Source of the DNA: Epithemia pelagica
Taxonomy: Eukaryota; Protista; Bacillariophyta
Direction: 5' to 3'
Assembly (NCBI GenBank): GCA_946965045.2
Contig: OX337236.1
Coordinates: 1,116,001 to 1,180,000 of the forward strand
DNA length: 64,000 nucleotides
Made by a program: the position numbers and the translations under genes. The notes below the pieces were generated by a model, which made no database searches, was not told the origin of the DNA, and saw only the letters and a program-made list of their open reading frames with translations. Positions 23,701 to 34,749 of this stretch are shown piece after piece; the first letter of the stretch is position 1, and every line of letters begins with the position of its first letter.

Positions 23701-26700
23701 CCGATCTCACCCAAAGTCCAAACCACGGAAACCAAAACATCGACAAAACCGTAAGAAACACAAACGAGACAGAACAAACAAGACAACGATTAGACCATTG
23801 CAAGGACCACAGCCACTTCCATCGCTCATAAGCACCTCTGCCATCAAGGCACATGCTTACACCATGAGCCAGAACCTGGCGCTCCAAGCTGTAATCAATC
23901 ATCCAAGAAAGTTCCAGTCAGAAATGAACGACGAACATGCCTTCCTCCTCATCTGGGATTCCGGTGCAAGCGTTTCCATCACAAACGACAAGACCGACCC
24001 GAACAAAGTAAGGGACGTACCTGATGATTACCAAGTCCAAGGATTGGCCAAAGGCGCTCAAGTCGAAAGCCAAGGAGTCGTCGAGTGGTACATCAAAGAC
24101 GTCAACGGACGCCTAAGATGCATCGAACTCCTCGCCTTATACATCCCAGCAGCAGGCTGTCGACTACTCAGCACAACCAGCCTTCTACAACGATACCAAG
24201 GTGAATCAATAAAATTAGAATCACAAGGACTCAAACCCAGTGGTGTGAGAAATGACCCTGACCGAGGACCAATCAAAGTCAAAATCGAAGCAGAAAGCAA
24301 CTTACCAAAAAGCATCTGCTACCACCGACAAGGAGTGAATCGTTCAGTTCGTGCTTTCGTTGCCACCGTAACCACAGTCGACGAACGAAACATAAACCTT
24401 TCAGCGCCACAAAAGGTCTGGAGCCAATCGCACATCCGGTTTGGACATGCACCTTTCCGCGTCGTCCAGTTTGTTCTCCGCACTGGTGTATTGTCGAATG
24501 ATGAGTCGTCGCGGCGACTCCACACTACCGTCTGCAAACTGACAACTCCTCCATTATGTGCTGCTTGTCTTTATGGAAAACAAAAGACCAGGCACTCCCC
24601 AGGACAGAAAACCGTCAAAATACAAGACAAAGAAGGAGCCCTGAAAAAGGACAACCTTTTCCCCGGTCAACAAGTTTCAGCAGACCACTTCATCTGCTCG
24701 ACAAAAGGACGCCTCTACACATCAAAAGGCAAAACCAAAGAAGAAGCAATGCTTAGCGGTGGATGCATTTTCGTAGACCACGCAAGTGGATACATCGACG
24801 TATCCATGCAAACTCACCTTAACACCCACCAAACACTAAAAGCAAAAACAGAATACGAACAACAATGTCAGAACCAAGGAGTGATCATTCAACAATATCA
24901 CACGGACAATGGCACCGCCTTTACCTCGAAGAAATACACCGAGCACCTGCAAGCCTTCCAGCAAGTAACAAGCTTTGCCGGTGTAGGCGCACACCACCAC
25001 AATGGCGTGGCAGAGCGCAGCATCCAAACCATCATGTCCATGGCAAGGACCATGATGTTACACGCCGCCACCCATTGGCCCGAAGTTGTAGACCCAACTC
25101 TTTGGCCCATGGCCGTTGACCATGCTGTCTTCATCTACAACCGACTCCCCAAGATTGAAACAGGAATTTCCCCCATCGACCTCTTCACCAAAACAAGATG
25201 GGAGCAACGACGCTTCCACGATCTTCATGTCTGGGGTGCACCGGCATATGTTCTTAACAAAACAATACAAGATGGTAAGAAATTACCACGATGGAAGCCA
25301 AGAAGTCAACGCTGCATGTTTGTTGGATTCTCCCAACAACATGCACTCACCGCTCCCCTCGTACTTAACCTCGACACGGGTACAATCTCACCGCAATACC
25401 ACGTTGTCTTCGACGACTGGTTTGCAACAGTGGCAGCAACCAACAAAAGCTCCCACTCACCACATGCAACAGTTGACCAAATCTTCGCAAACATGGACAA
25501 CATTCTGCACTCACCAGGATACGACGATCCATCAGCAGACGACAATTCTCCGAATGACACCCCCGAAGCCACTGCCTCCGAACTCACCAAAAACAAGATC
25601 TTTGAGGCCATGGAAAAAGCGACCCCTCCTGTTCCACTGGAATACGACACCCCTGCCGTACCACCAACTTCAACCACGGCTGGCCCTCCCTTGCCCCACC
25701 CAGTCAGTACTCCACGTCCAGCGTCCACCCCACCAAGTGTTCCGTCGTCGCCAGCCGATGCTCCGCCGCGCATGTCGACCAATCCTCTCCCCACCACTTT
25801 GGCTCCACCGCACAAAATCCCTCCCATTTCTCTTGAAGATGATTGGACCATGCCCACGGAGCAGAGGGAGAGTACGCCAACACAGGCTCCTCCTGCCCCC
25901 AAATCACAACCACCTGAACTCAAGCAACAGAGGGAGCAAACCAACCAGAGGGAGCCATCCAACCAGAGGGAGCATGCCTCTCCAGCCCCTCGTCGATCTG
26001 GCCAAAACCGACGTTCACCTAATCGTCTCGTCGAATCCATGGACCCCACACACAAGTCCTACCTCGCCCACGTCGATACTCTCGACAACCTACCTTTTCA
26101 AGCCACAATTGGACTCTTCAAGGCAACCATCGTAGACCCTGACACTTTGAGCTACGATCAAGCGTCGAAAGATGCAGACCTTCTTCACTGGCGCAAGGCA
26201 GCAAAACAAGAAATTGATGAGCTGACAGAAAAAGAGACATGGATTGAAGCGCCACAGTCGGCTGCCAAAACCAAGATTCTACCAGGCACATGGGTTTTCA
26301 AACGAAAACGCCACGCCGATGGAACAATCAAGAAGCACAAAGGACGCTACTGCGTGAGAGGCGACCTTCAAGAACAAGCACCAGACGCCTATTCACCAGT
26401 TGTAAATTGGGCAATCATCCGAATTTGCATGATCTACGCCCTAAGTCAACAATGGGTAATGGTATGCATAGATTTCAGCAATGCCTTCGTCCAGGCAAAA
26501 CTCAAGGAACCCATCTGGATCCACATACCACCTGGTTTCAAGTCAACAAGCTCAGAACCCACCTGCCTACGTCTACTGAAGAGTCTCTACGGTTTAACCA
26601 TTGCCCCTAGATTATGGTATGAAAAACTCATTGAAGCTCTCTTGGAAGATGGTTTCAAGAAAAGCAACTATGACGAATGTTTCTTCATGAAACCAGACAT

Positions 26701-27744
26701 GCTTCTCTTTATTTGGGTGGATGATTGTGGCATCGTTGCACCCACCATGACTCTTGTGGATGCATTCATTGAACGACTGAAAACAAAAGGTTTCGAATTG
26801 TCCAAAGACTCCGATTTCGCAGATTACCTGGGAATCAATTTCAAGCGGAACAAGGACGAGATCGTAATGACTCAACCCGGCTTAATCAAGCGTATCCTCC
26901 AAACCACAAAGATGGAAGACTGCAACGGAAATTGGACCCCTGCAGCGTAGATTGGATTGGGAAGTGATCCCAACGGACCTCCCATAAAAGACAATTGGAA
27001 CTATCGGTCAGTGGTTGGTATGTTGTTGTATCTCTCCACCAACACACGGCCAGATATAGCGTTTGCCGTGAGCCAAGTGGCACGTTTTCCAATGATCCGA
27101 AACAATCGCACGCTCAAGCCGTCAAAGCCATCATCCGATATCTCTCACGGACCATCGACAACGGCACCATCTTTCGCCCAAGCAAAGATTATCGGCTTGA
27201 TTGTTATGTCGATGCAGACTTCATGGGTCTGCACGGCCGAGAACCAGAAGATGATCCAACAAGCGCCAAGTCCCGAACTGGGTATATCATCTTCTTTGGG
27301 GGAAGTCCTCTGGTTTGGAAATCTCAATTGCAAAGCGAAATTGCAACAAGCACCTTTCACTCCGAATACGTGGCTCTGTCCCAAGCCATGCGAGTTATAG
27401 TCTGGTTGCAAGAAGTCTTGAACGAGTTAAACTCTTGTGTGAGAATCAATCCAAGTGTGCCACGGATTACTGCAGAAGTCCATGAGGACAACAATAGTGC
27501 TTACCTTGTGGCCACCAACCAACGCCTCACCTCTCGATCTCGCTCGCTAAACAACAAGTGGCACTGGTTTTGGTCCCAGGTGAAAGCCACAAACGCAACC
27601 ATTGTGTCCTCGAAATCCAATATGGAAGATCGAACGATTATGATTTCCAAGATCGACACCAAGTTGCAACGGGCTGACATACTCACAAAAGGTCTGGCTC
27701 GAGAAATCTTTGAGACCATCCGAAAACTGAATCAAGGATGGTGA
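20721..27744 (+). pseudogene. Copia A gag C-terminus and pol (PR, IN, RT, RNase H); stop at 26948-26950, frameshift near 27085
   Basis: WCAHCGRWTGTHSTAQH finger, LIWDSGAS, SADHF/HTDNG/GVAERSI, IDFSNAFVQ/KSLYGL/WVDD, YVDADF/HEDNNSA/ADILTKGL. Confidence 0.93.
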
Positions 27745-27770
27745 CCTGTGACACCAAGCCCAAGAGGGAG

Positions 27771-28275
27771 AGTCGCAGTTTATGTTTTTTTAGCACCAGT
27801 CGCGTTTCCAAATTTGTATTTGTGTTTTGAAATATTAAATTTGCACGACTGGCAGTTTGTGTTGCATGACCCAATGATATAAGCCTACAGGTCGGAATCC
27901 GCGCATGCATGACGCGCAGGATGGGCTTTTGGCGCCACAGAACGCCGGGCCATTCGCCGTTTGTGTCTACGACACTCATGTTTTGCTAACTAACCTATGA
28001 CACAACAAACAACAAATGAGATTACTATCGTCCATTTGAATCAAGCTGTGCGTTGCAAGATAGCAGATCAATTCCTGGAAGCCAAAGCGAGGAATCAAAA
28101 TGAGGAACTCAAGATCACTTTGTTTACTCTATAGCTTTAATCATAATATCGATACAGGAGTTTTTGCAACGCAAAAGACTTCTAGGTTGGTGTGGAGACT
28201 TGATCAATCTCCACCCCGATTACGCGGTATTGCCCTAGCTATTAGTATACCCAGTGTATGCTAGTGACTCTGATA
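27771..28275 (+). repeat. 3' LTR of copia A (505 bp)
   Basis: Direct repeat of 1655-2158, preceded by the PPT, followed by TSD CCGCC. Confidence 0.93.
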
Positions 28276-29647
28276 CCGCCCAAACTGGTACTTCGATGAG
28301 GAGGCCATTTATTCCAAGTGCGGCAGCACCGCTGGTAATCGAGGCATCATTTGATATTCCCGTTCCAAGCTGGATTTGCGAAAACCGCAGGAATCCTCCT
28401 ACAAAGCCCCCGTCTGCCAGAATAGAGTCTTCTATGAAAGATGAAATTGCTTGGCCCTTGTACTCTTGTTCGTAGTTGCCGTTAGATCTCGGGGGAAGAG
28501 ACACTTCCGCCATAAACTCCCGGACCGTGACAAGGGAAGAAAATGCAGGGGCAGGATCAGCGCACTCAATAGATGGCAAGATTCCCAACCACCTACCAGG
28601 AACAAGGGTGGAAAAATCCAGAGGACACAAACTCTTTTGAAGATCTCCATGAGCATCTGCCACGAATTCTGGTTTGAAGACGTGTAATACGGCAACAATT
28701 GCCTGGACTTCCACAGGGCGAATGGCAGCATTCAGTTTTGTATACACGTATCGAGTCCCATTGTAGCCACGCCCGACCGTACCAAAGAATCCCGGTTCGG
28801 ACAAGGGATTTCCGTCTACTAGTCCAAAGGCACCTCCCGCGCATGGGTCCAGGGTCTCGCGAATGACAAAAGCATCTTGATCGGAATAGAATTTTGCCCT
28901 TGTTAGGTAGTCGATATAGTCGTCCTCCAAGTTGTCCGCAAATGGCTCACCACTGTCGGGATTGGCCCGCACCAGTAACAGAATATCAAATTTCCGCAAA
29001 AGGTCATGATGCGAAGCGTCAGTGGCGAATTCCTCAGCCAGGGCCAAGACAGCCTCGGTACTGTGCATTTCACTTCCATGGATTTGGCTGACGTAGAATA
29101 CACGAATTCCGGTCTCCATGTTTCCCATACGAATTCCCACCAAATCTCGGCCTTGTGTGGACTTGCCAATGAGTGCCGGACTCGGTTGGGGAAGCCTTCG
29201 GGATCATTTTGGATGGTACAAATGATAGCTTGACAAACCGTCGGATTGGCAATCGCATCACCGCAAACATTGCAATTGACTACACTGTCATCGCAATCGT
29301 CCAAGAGAGGCACATCAATGTCGACAAGGCCACCATTGTCACCATTGACAATCAATGGGCCTGCAATGGCCGAGGTTCCACTGGGACCCTGATAGTTGTC
29401 AGCAATGGTCTGTAGCTTGGGCAAAAGATCTGTGTACGTGGTCAGATAGAGCTGCTGAGCTTCCGTGGCGGTCAATCCACAGGATGGGTTCATGGTGTTG
29501 CATAGCTTCCCTGTTGGTGGTATACAAACAAGTTGCAATGATGAGACCGTGAAGGAAAGAAAAGAAGTGCAAAGATCCGTATGACATGCGCTCACCTGAA
29601 GCCTGGTACAACGAAGCAAGGAAAAGGAATGAAGCAAGGACTTTCAT
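28276..29647 (-). pseudogene. 5' part of a secreted M14 zinc carboxypeptidase-like gene, disrupted
   Basis: Signal peptide MKVLASFLFLASLYQASG, 85-bp intron 29511-29595, then GKSTQGRDL, QIHGSE (HxxE), ANPD, DAHGD, LLIEV; frameshift near 29165. Confidence 0.8.
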
Positions 29648-30688
29648 GGCGGTAATTGTCTCCTTCTTTCGCTTGTCAAACAACAGGATCCTCGTTCAAT
29701 GGTATCTCAAAAAGTGGCGCTGTATGGTCGGAAGACTGCGAGTTGTTCTTGATCCGCTTGTTCTGGTTCAGGCCTGTGACGAGATATCTTATGCTCGTCC
29801 ACAACAACACATTGGATAGTGCATATCTTTTCGCGCCAAATTTGTGAGCTATGCTCCGTTTTGCCGTTGTGGTCATAAACTCATATCAAACCGCGGCCAA
29901 AAATTTAACCTCCGTTTCGGTCGCCTTCTAGCGTGTTCTGTGTCCAAAGTATACAATACTCGTACTCGTACTCGTATATGAATCATCACCGTATGGAACG
30001 GAGTTGTCGTCTCCGTTGGGTCCGTTGACAATCAACAGTCAAGAATCCAGAGATTCATGCGAGATTCGAGATTACCTACGGATTCCTGACCCCCTATAGT
30101 CCTGGACCCCCACCCCTCTTAAACGTACATGGCCCCCAAACTTCTTATCTGTAGGTTCTTTCCGGGTTTTAGGGTTACCCCCACGTTCCTCACGTTCCGA
30201 GCTTTCTATCACACTGTCTGACATCAATCAAACAGGAGCAACAAGAGATACAGCATGATGGGTATTATGAATAGGGTTAAGGCTACGCTTAGAAGCACGG
30301 TCTTTCCCCTAGCTGGAATAGTGCGACCAACCCTTCTCTACAACCCCGATGTTGAGCATTAACTTCACTATGAAGTTAATTGTACTGTGTGAATGGAATC
30401 TAAAAAAGAGATATCCAAACCGGCTGGACCCCTACCCTCGATCGGTCCAGGAATCCGGAACGGTCCGGCTAAATCGATTTTAGGTACTCCTAGAGAGAGT
30501 TTATTTCTATTTCAGAAGTATCGAAAAACAGGTGAAGGCTACAATATCAATACTAGGAGTACCTACTACTGCAAAATCATGGAGTAGGAGTAAATCATAC
30601 TCCTAGCTAGGAGTACAGGAGTCGCTAGCTAGGAGCTAGGAGTAAGGCGTAGTCGTCAAGGGTCAATTGCATTCGATCATCAAAAAAG

Positions 30689-30780
30689 TGACAACCGTGG
30701 GATTCGAACCCACGCCAATCAAGACAACGGACCCAATTGGGCAGTCCTCAGCGTTTTCCTTTAGAGCTTCAAATCAAGTC
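30689..30780 (-). pseudogene. tRNA-Leu pseudogene: intact 3' half, broken acceptor stem and D arm, GAG at the anticodon position, 15-nt intron
   Basis: GTGGG-TTCGAAT-CCCAC T arm and TTTTTT terminator; 3' half resembles the tRNA at 36229. Confidence 0.65.
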
Positions 30781-30904
30781 TCCTATTATTGTGTCAAGAG
30801 TCGACCAGATTCTGCCTGTAGGATGTAGGAGTACCTCCAGAACAAAAGGCCACAAGAAACTGACCGGGAAGTAGTTTCGTGCGGGTCGCGCGGTTTCCCT
30901 CTCC

Positions 30905-30947
30905 TGTGTGACACTTTTGTGACACTTGTGTGACACTTGTGTGACAT
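30905..30947 (+). repeat. Minisatellite, about 11-bp unit (GTGTGACACTT) x4
   Basis: Direct reading. Confidence 0.85.
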
Positions 30948-30979
30948 CGCTTCCATTAAGTCTACACAGCGCTTGTGAA

Positions 30980-31542
30980 TAGAGGTGTGTCCAGCGGTAA
31001 GCGCTCCAGCAGCTCCAGTGCTGGAGATAGCGCTACATCGGTCACCGTTCTCGGTGTCATTCATTTGCTCCGTTGGTCATTACTGACCCTGTGTCATTCA
31101 TTTGCTCCACACAGCCTTCCAAAATGTCTGCTTGCAGTGATGATGATGAGTCATCAAAGGTGAAACAGTGTGATATGGATGGCATTCCGAAGGACACCAA
31201 AGTAAGTGAATTTCCCAACATTTGGCGCCTAGCAAGAAAATATCTTGCATTGCCTGCGACTGCTGCCTCTTCTGAACGGGCGTTCAGTATTGCAGGACTG
31301 ATCATATCTGCGAAACAAGCATCACTGGACCCTTCCACCGTTACAGATTTACATTTTTTACTTGAGAATTGGGAACATGTGTTCTCACCATAAGATAGAT
31401 TCACTAGCTTCTACTCCTAGCTAAGTATTTTCATCCTGGTAGCACAGGTAGTCTTTTCTCCAGCGGACGCGCATACCTAGCTCCAGCAGAGACTTCTCAA
31501 GCGCTTACCGTGCTCCAGCAGAGATGAGCTGTTGCGCCCCTA
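30980..31542 (+). mobile_element. Non-autonomous hAT derivative (about 563 bp) keeping only the transposase dimerisation domain
   Basis: ORF 31073-31393 contains PNIWRLARKYLALPATAASSERAFSIAG; imperfect TIRs TAGAGGTGTG / TAGGGGCGCA; subterminal inverted CGGTAAGCGC; degenerate 8-bp TSD CTTGTGAA / TTTGCGAT. Confidence 0.7.
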
Positions 31543-32012
31543 TTTGCGATAGATGGAGTAAGTTTACTAATAAGGTTACTAATTCCAATGTCCTTTCGCG
31601 TCGGGCGCGCCCAGCTTGTCGGTAGAATCAAGAGCAGGGCAATGGTCAGAGAGGGCGCATGCCTGACATGACAATTGCCCTCCTCGTCATTCTACAATAT
31701 CCGTCGCGCCCGGCGATCCCTCCTTGAAAGGACTCGACACAGGGGACTATTGTAATACTACTCGTACGAGTACGAGTACTCGTACAATATGTCCCTTCGC
31801 TTTACACACAGACGGTCATTCGAAAAATTGCAAATTGCCCCCACCCAGATACGCGCGAGCCCAGCGACGGCGTACACAACTTCGGGCGGAGCTTCTGCAT
31901 CAGATTCGCGCACACAATCTTGAGACAGTGAGCAGAGACCCGAGAACACTCCCATCTCCAAGATAGATAGTTGTAAGAAAGATTACAAGAGTAACGATGG
32001 TGTTGCATACAG

Positions 32013-32837
32013 GTGAGGATGTTGACAACCTTCCCCCCGGCAGAGGACTCTCCTCCTCAAGCTGCTGAGCAGTCCCCAGTGAACGGGACTGCTGTTGGCT
32101 CTTCCAGTGGCAACGGGACTGCTGTTGGCTCTTCCAGTGGCAATGCTGTTTGCCATGCTTCCCAGGATGGGAAGCATAGTGGTGTGACAAATACCACATT
32201 CCAGATTTCTCTCGAAGTACTTTGGTTTGCGTACCATCTACTCAGCAAATGGTCGGCTATGGATCCGAACGATGCCGTTCATCTCATTAAAGAGTGTCTT
32301 GCAGAGGACTGGGATGTCCTGACATTTGCAAGGGCACACCAAGGTGACCATGCAACAGACGCTCTTGACCCAGAATACCCATACAATCGAAAAATTGAAA
32401 ATGTAGCGACAATTTTGAAGCTTGTTCCCCGCATGCAAGAAATCAAACTTGGTGATGTCAAGTTTCGTGACACCAACTCTTATTTCCGCAAGCGATTCAT
32501 GGAGGGCGACTTTGATCGTGACACAACCTTAATCTGTGAATTGCTTTACCGCCGCAAGGATGCGACTGTTGCGTATGCTCGAACTCTCAACGTTGATGAC
32601 CTACTTGAGTTCACGGAACCACTCCGTGATCCTGTCCATGGTGGGACCAACTTCCCTTTGAAGGGATTCTTGTACACTGTTCTCCCTTTCTGGGAAAATC
32701 TTGCCAAGGACCTCACTCCAGCTCCTATTCAAGTCAATTGTCCTATTGGCCTCGCGGTAAAAGATCAAGTTGACCAGATTCTAGAAAAAGGCAATGGAAA
32801 TATTGCTCGCGCTGTTTCACCACAGGAGCTGAGTTAG
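32013..32837 (+). CDS. Hypothetical protein or captured gene fragment; likely true coding part starts at ATG 32259
   Basis: Globular-looking 192-aa core; both ends overlap locally duplicated segments; 30-bp tandem repeat at about 32075-32150. Confidence 0.4.
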   Translation: MRMLTTFPPAEDSPPQAAEQSPVNGTAVGSSSGNGTAVGSSSGNAVCHASQDGKHSGVTNTTFQISLEVLWFAYHLLSKWSAMDPNDAVHLIKECLAEDWDVLTFARAHQGDHATDALDPEYPYNRKIENVATILKLVPRMQEIKLGDVKFRDTNSYFRKRFMEGDFDRDTTLICELLYRRKDATVAYARTLNVDDLLEFTEPLRDPVHGGTNFPLKGFLYTVLPFWENLAKDLTPAPIQVNCPIGLAVKDQVDQILEKGNGNIARAVSPQELS

Positions 32838-33116
32838 TGCAGATCACGAGAAAAGAAGCTTGCACATAAGAGTTGCCCACTAAATGAAGTCCCAACACTA
32901 TGATAGATTCAAGATAGCATCTCTTATTATTGAATGCTTAGAACTGAAAACTGGGAATCAATGGAGACAAGAGTGTGAGGTGGTGTCGATTCCCCAGCTG
33001 CGTGAGTCGCAATGGCCACAGACTTGGGCTCCTCGCTCCCTGACGATGCCGCCAGTGCAGGTGGTACAGACGGCACCACGGCGGAGGGTGTAGTAGCTGT
33101 ACCTCCTCCCACCAGA

Positions 33117-34120
33117 TCAGAGCCACTCACGACCGGTACTTCTTGCAACAAATTGAATCGTTGCTTGCGACATGCGCACAATGGGTGTGGACCCCATCAT
33201 ACCCACAATGGTGGAAGGAGCAGGCGCAGAAACAGCCATCGGTGGATCGGTCGCCAAGATAGGTTGTTGTGGCGGTGGGCCCGACTCGGCTGACGACTGT
33301 TGTGGTTGCAATGGCTGCGAAGAAGAAGACGAAGGTGGGGGCAATGTGGGCGTTAAGGCACTTATCGCATCGCATACTCGACGTCATACTCCTTTTATCC
33401 TGTGAGCCGGCATCTTGGAGTTTCTCGTGCAAATTGTTCTGCCTGCTGTTTCATCAAAGCCATCCGCTGTTTCATGTCTCCTCCTGATGGATTATAATCA
33501 TTATTGGTCTGGTTCGACGGCGAAGAACTGTTGCGAGAAGCAAAGGATCGTACCACACTCATGAGACTACCGACAAATCCAACCCGAAACAACATGTTTG
33601 GAAGTTCTGCAGCGGGGCATAAAGGAATCTACATTCATCATTGTCATTGCGTCCGAGTTCATGAATGACGCTGCTCCAATTAGTGCAATTAACAGAGCGG
33701 CCCCGTGAAAAGAGAGAAGTATCCTTTCCCCGCAGTGGTAGAGAGGGTGCTCAATTTGACCAAGAAGGATCTCAAGGTTTCAATGCAAAATTTTCCTTGT
33801 TCCGCCTTGCGAATGGCCAGTTCGGTACTTTCGGTACTATCTTCTTGATTAAAGACGGGGGCCAACAAATCTCGTTAATTGTCCACAAAGGCAATTGTTT
33901 CATTCATGGAAGTACTCAGGCGATTCCATGTCGTCGTGGCAATTTGTGGTATCGGAATGGTAGTAGTGGGTGGTTCATTGTCCTTTTCCAAATCATTTTG
34001 TGTCACTTGATGGGCCAACCATTGTCGTTGGGGACGTTGATCCAGAACCAAACCAGTTGACAAATCTTTTTCCGATTTGGATCGGTGGTTGGAAGTTGGA
34101 TTGGAGGAGGACTTGGACAA
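33117..34120 (-). pseudogene. Degraded low-complexity gene of unknown family
   Basis: Chain of short ORFs (33875-34120, 33395-33595, 33117-33344) broken by stops. Confidence 0.3.
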
Positions 34121-34392
34121 ACCACGGTGGTACTTACGAGTACTGCAGTGAGACGAAGATGGTTTTATGGAGTAGGAGTCGTCTTAAAATGGGACGGATA
34201 GCTATAGAGCTCTCAGATATCAGATATTCGGGGTTTGGGGTTTGGGGGTCTAGGTCACGACTTTGTTCCTTACCGTTGCTCCAGAGACCCAAGAACACTG
34301 CCATCTCAAGTGGATGTCCTCAAGATAGATAGTTGTAAGAAAGATACAAGAGACACCATCGTGTATCTTGTAATCGTGTCTCTTCAAAAAAG

Positions 34393-34485
34393 TGACAGCA
34401 GTGGCAGTGGGATTCGAACCAACGTCAATCACGACGACGGACCCAATTGGGTAGTCCTCAGCGTTTTCCTTTAGATAGAGCTTCT
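34393..34485 (-). pseudogene. Second, more decayed copy of the tRNA-Leu pseudogene
   Basis: Shares ACCCAATTGGG.AGTCCTCAGCGTTTTCCTTTAG with 30731-30764. Confidence 0.65.
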
Positions 34486-34749
34486 CTCCTATTTCCTATT
34501 GTCAATTCTAGCTACCTCTAGTAAAAGGCAATCTCGCGCTGTTTCACAACAGGAGCTGAATTAGTCCAGATCATGAAGAAAGAAGCTTGTACATAAGAGT
34601 TGCCCACTAACTGAAATCCCAACACTATGATAGATTCAAGATAGCATCTCTGATTATTGAATGTTTAAAACTGAAAACTGGGAATCAACGGAGACAAGAG
34701 TGTGATGGGACGAAGTACAACATCCGGTTGGACAGTCCGGTCTGTCCAT

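Larger units (their letters stand above)
1655..28275 (+). mobile_element. Ty1/copia LTR retrotransposon A (diatom CoDi-like); about 9.15 kb of its own sequence plus two nested insertions
   Basis: Direct repeats 1655-2158 and 27771-28275, flanking TSD CCGCC, PPT CAAGAGGGAG just before the 3' LTR, gag-PR-IN-RT-RH order. Confidence 0.95.

Noticed and set aside
28266-28277. CTCTGATACC resembling the tRNA-iMet 3' end, i.e. a minus-strand PBS
   Set aside because: The CC comes from the host TSD and the orientation is opposite to the element; coincidence.
29950-30650. Recurrent TACTCGTA and TACTCCTAG/CTAGGAGTA motifs as a MITE or Helitron end
   Set aside because: No consistent termini or TSD could be fixed.
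30905-30947. Short direct repeats as a CRISPR array
   Set aside because: No spacers, no cas genes, eukaryotic context.
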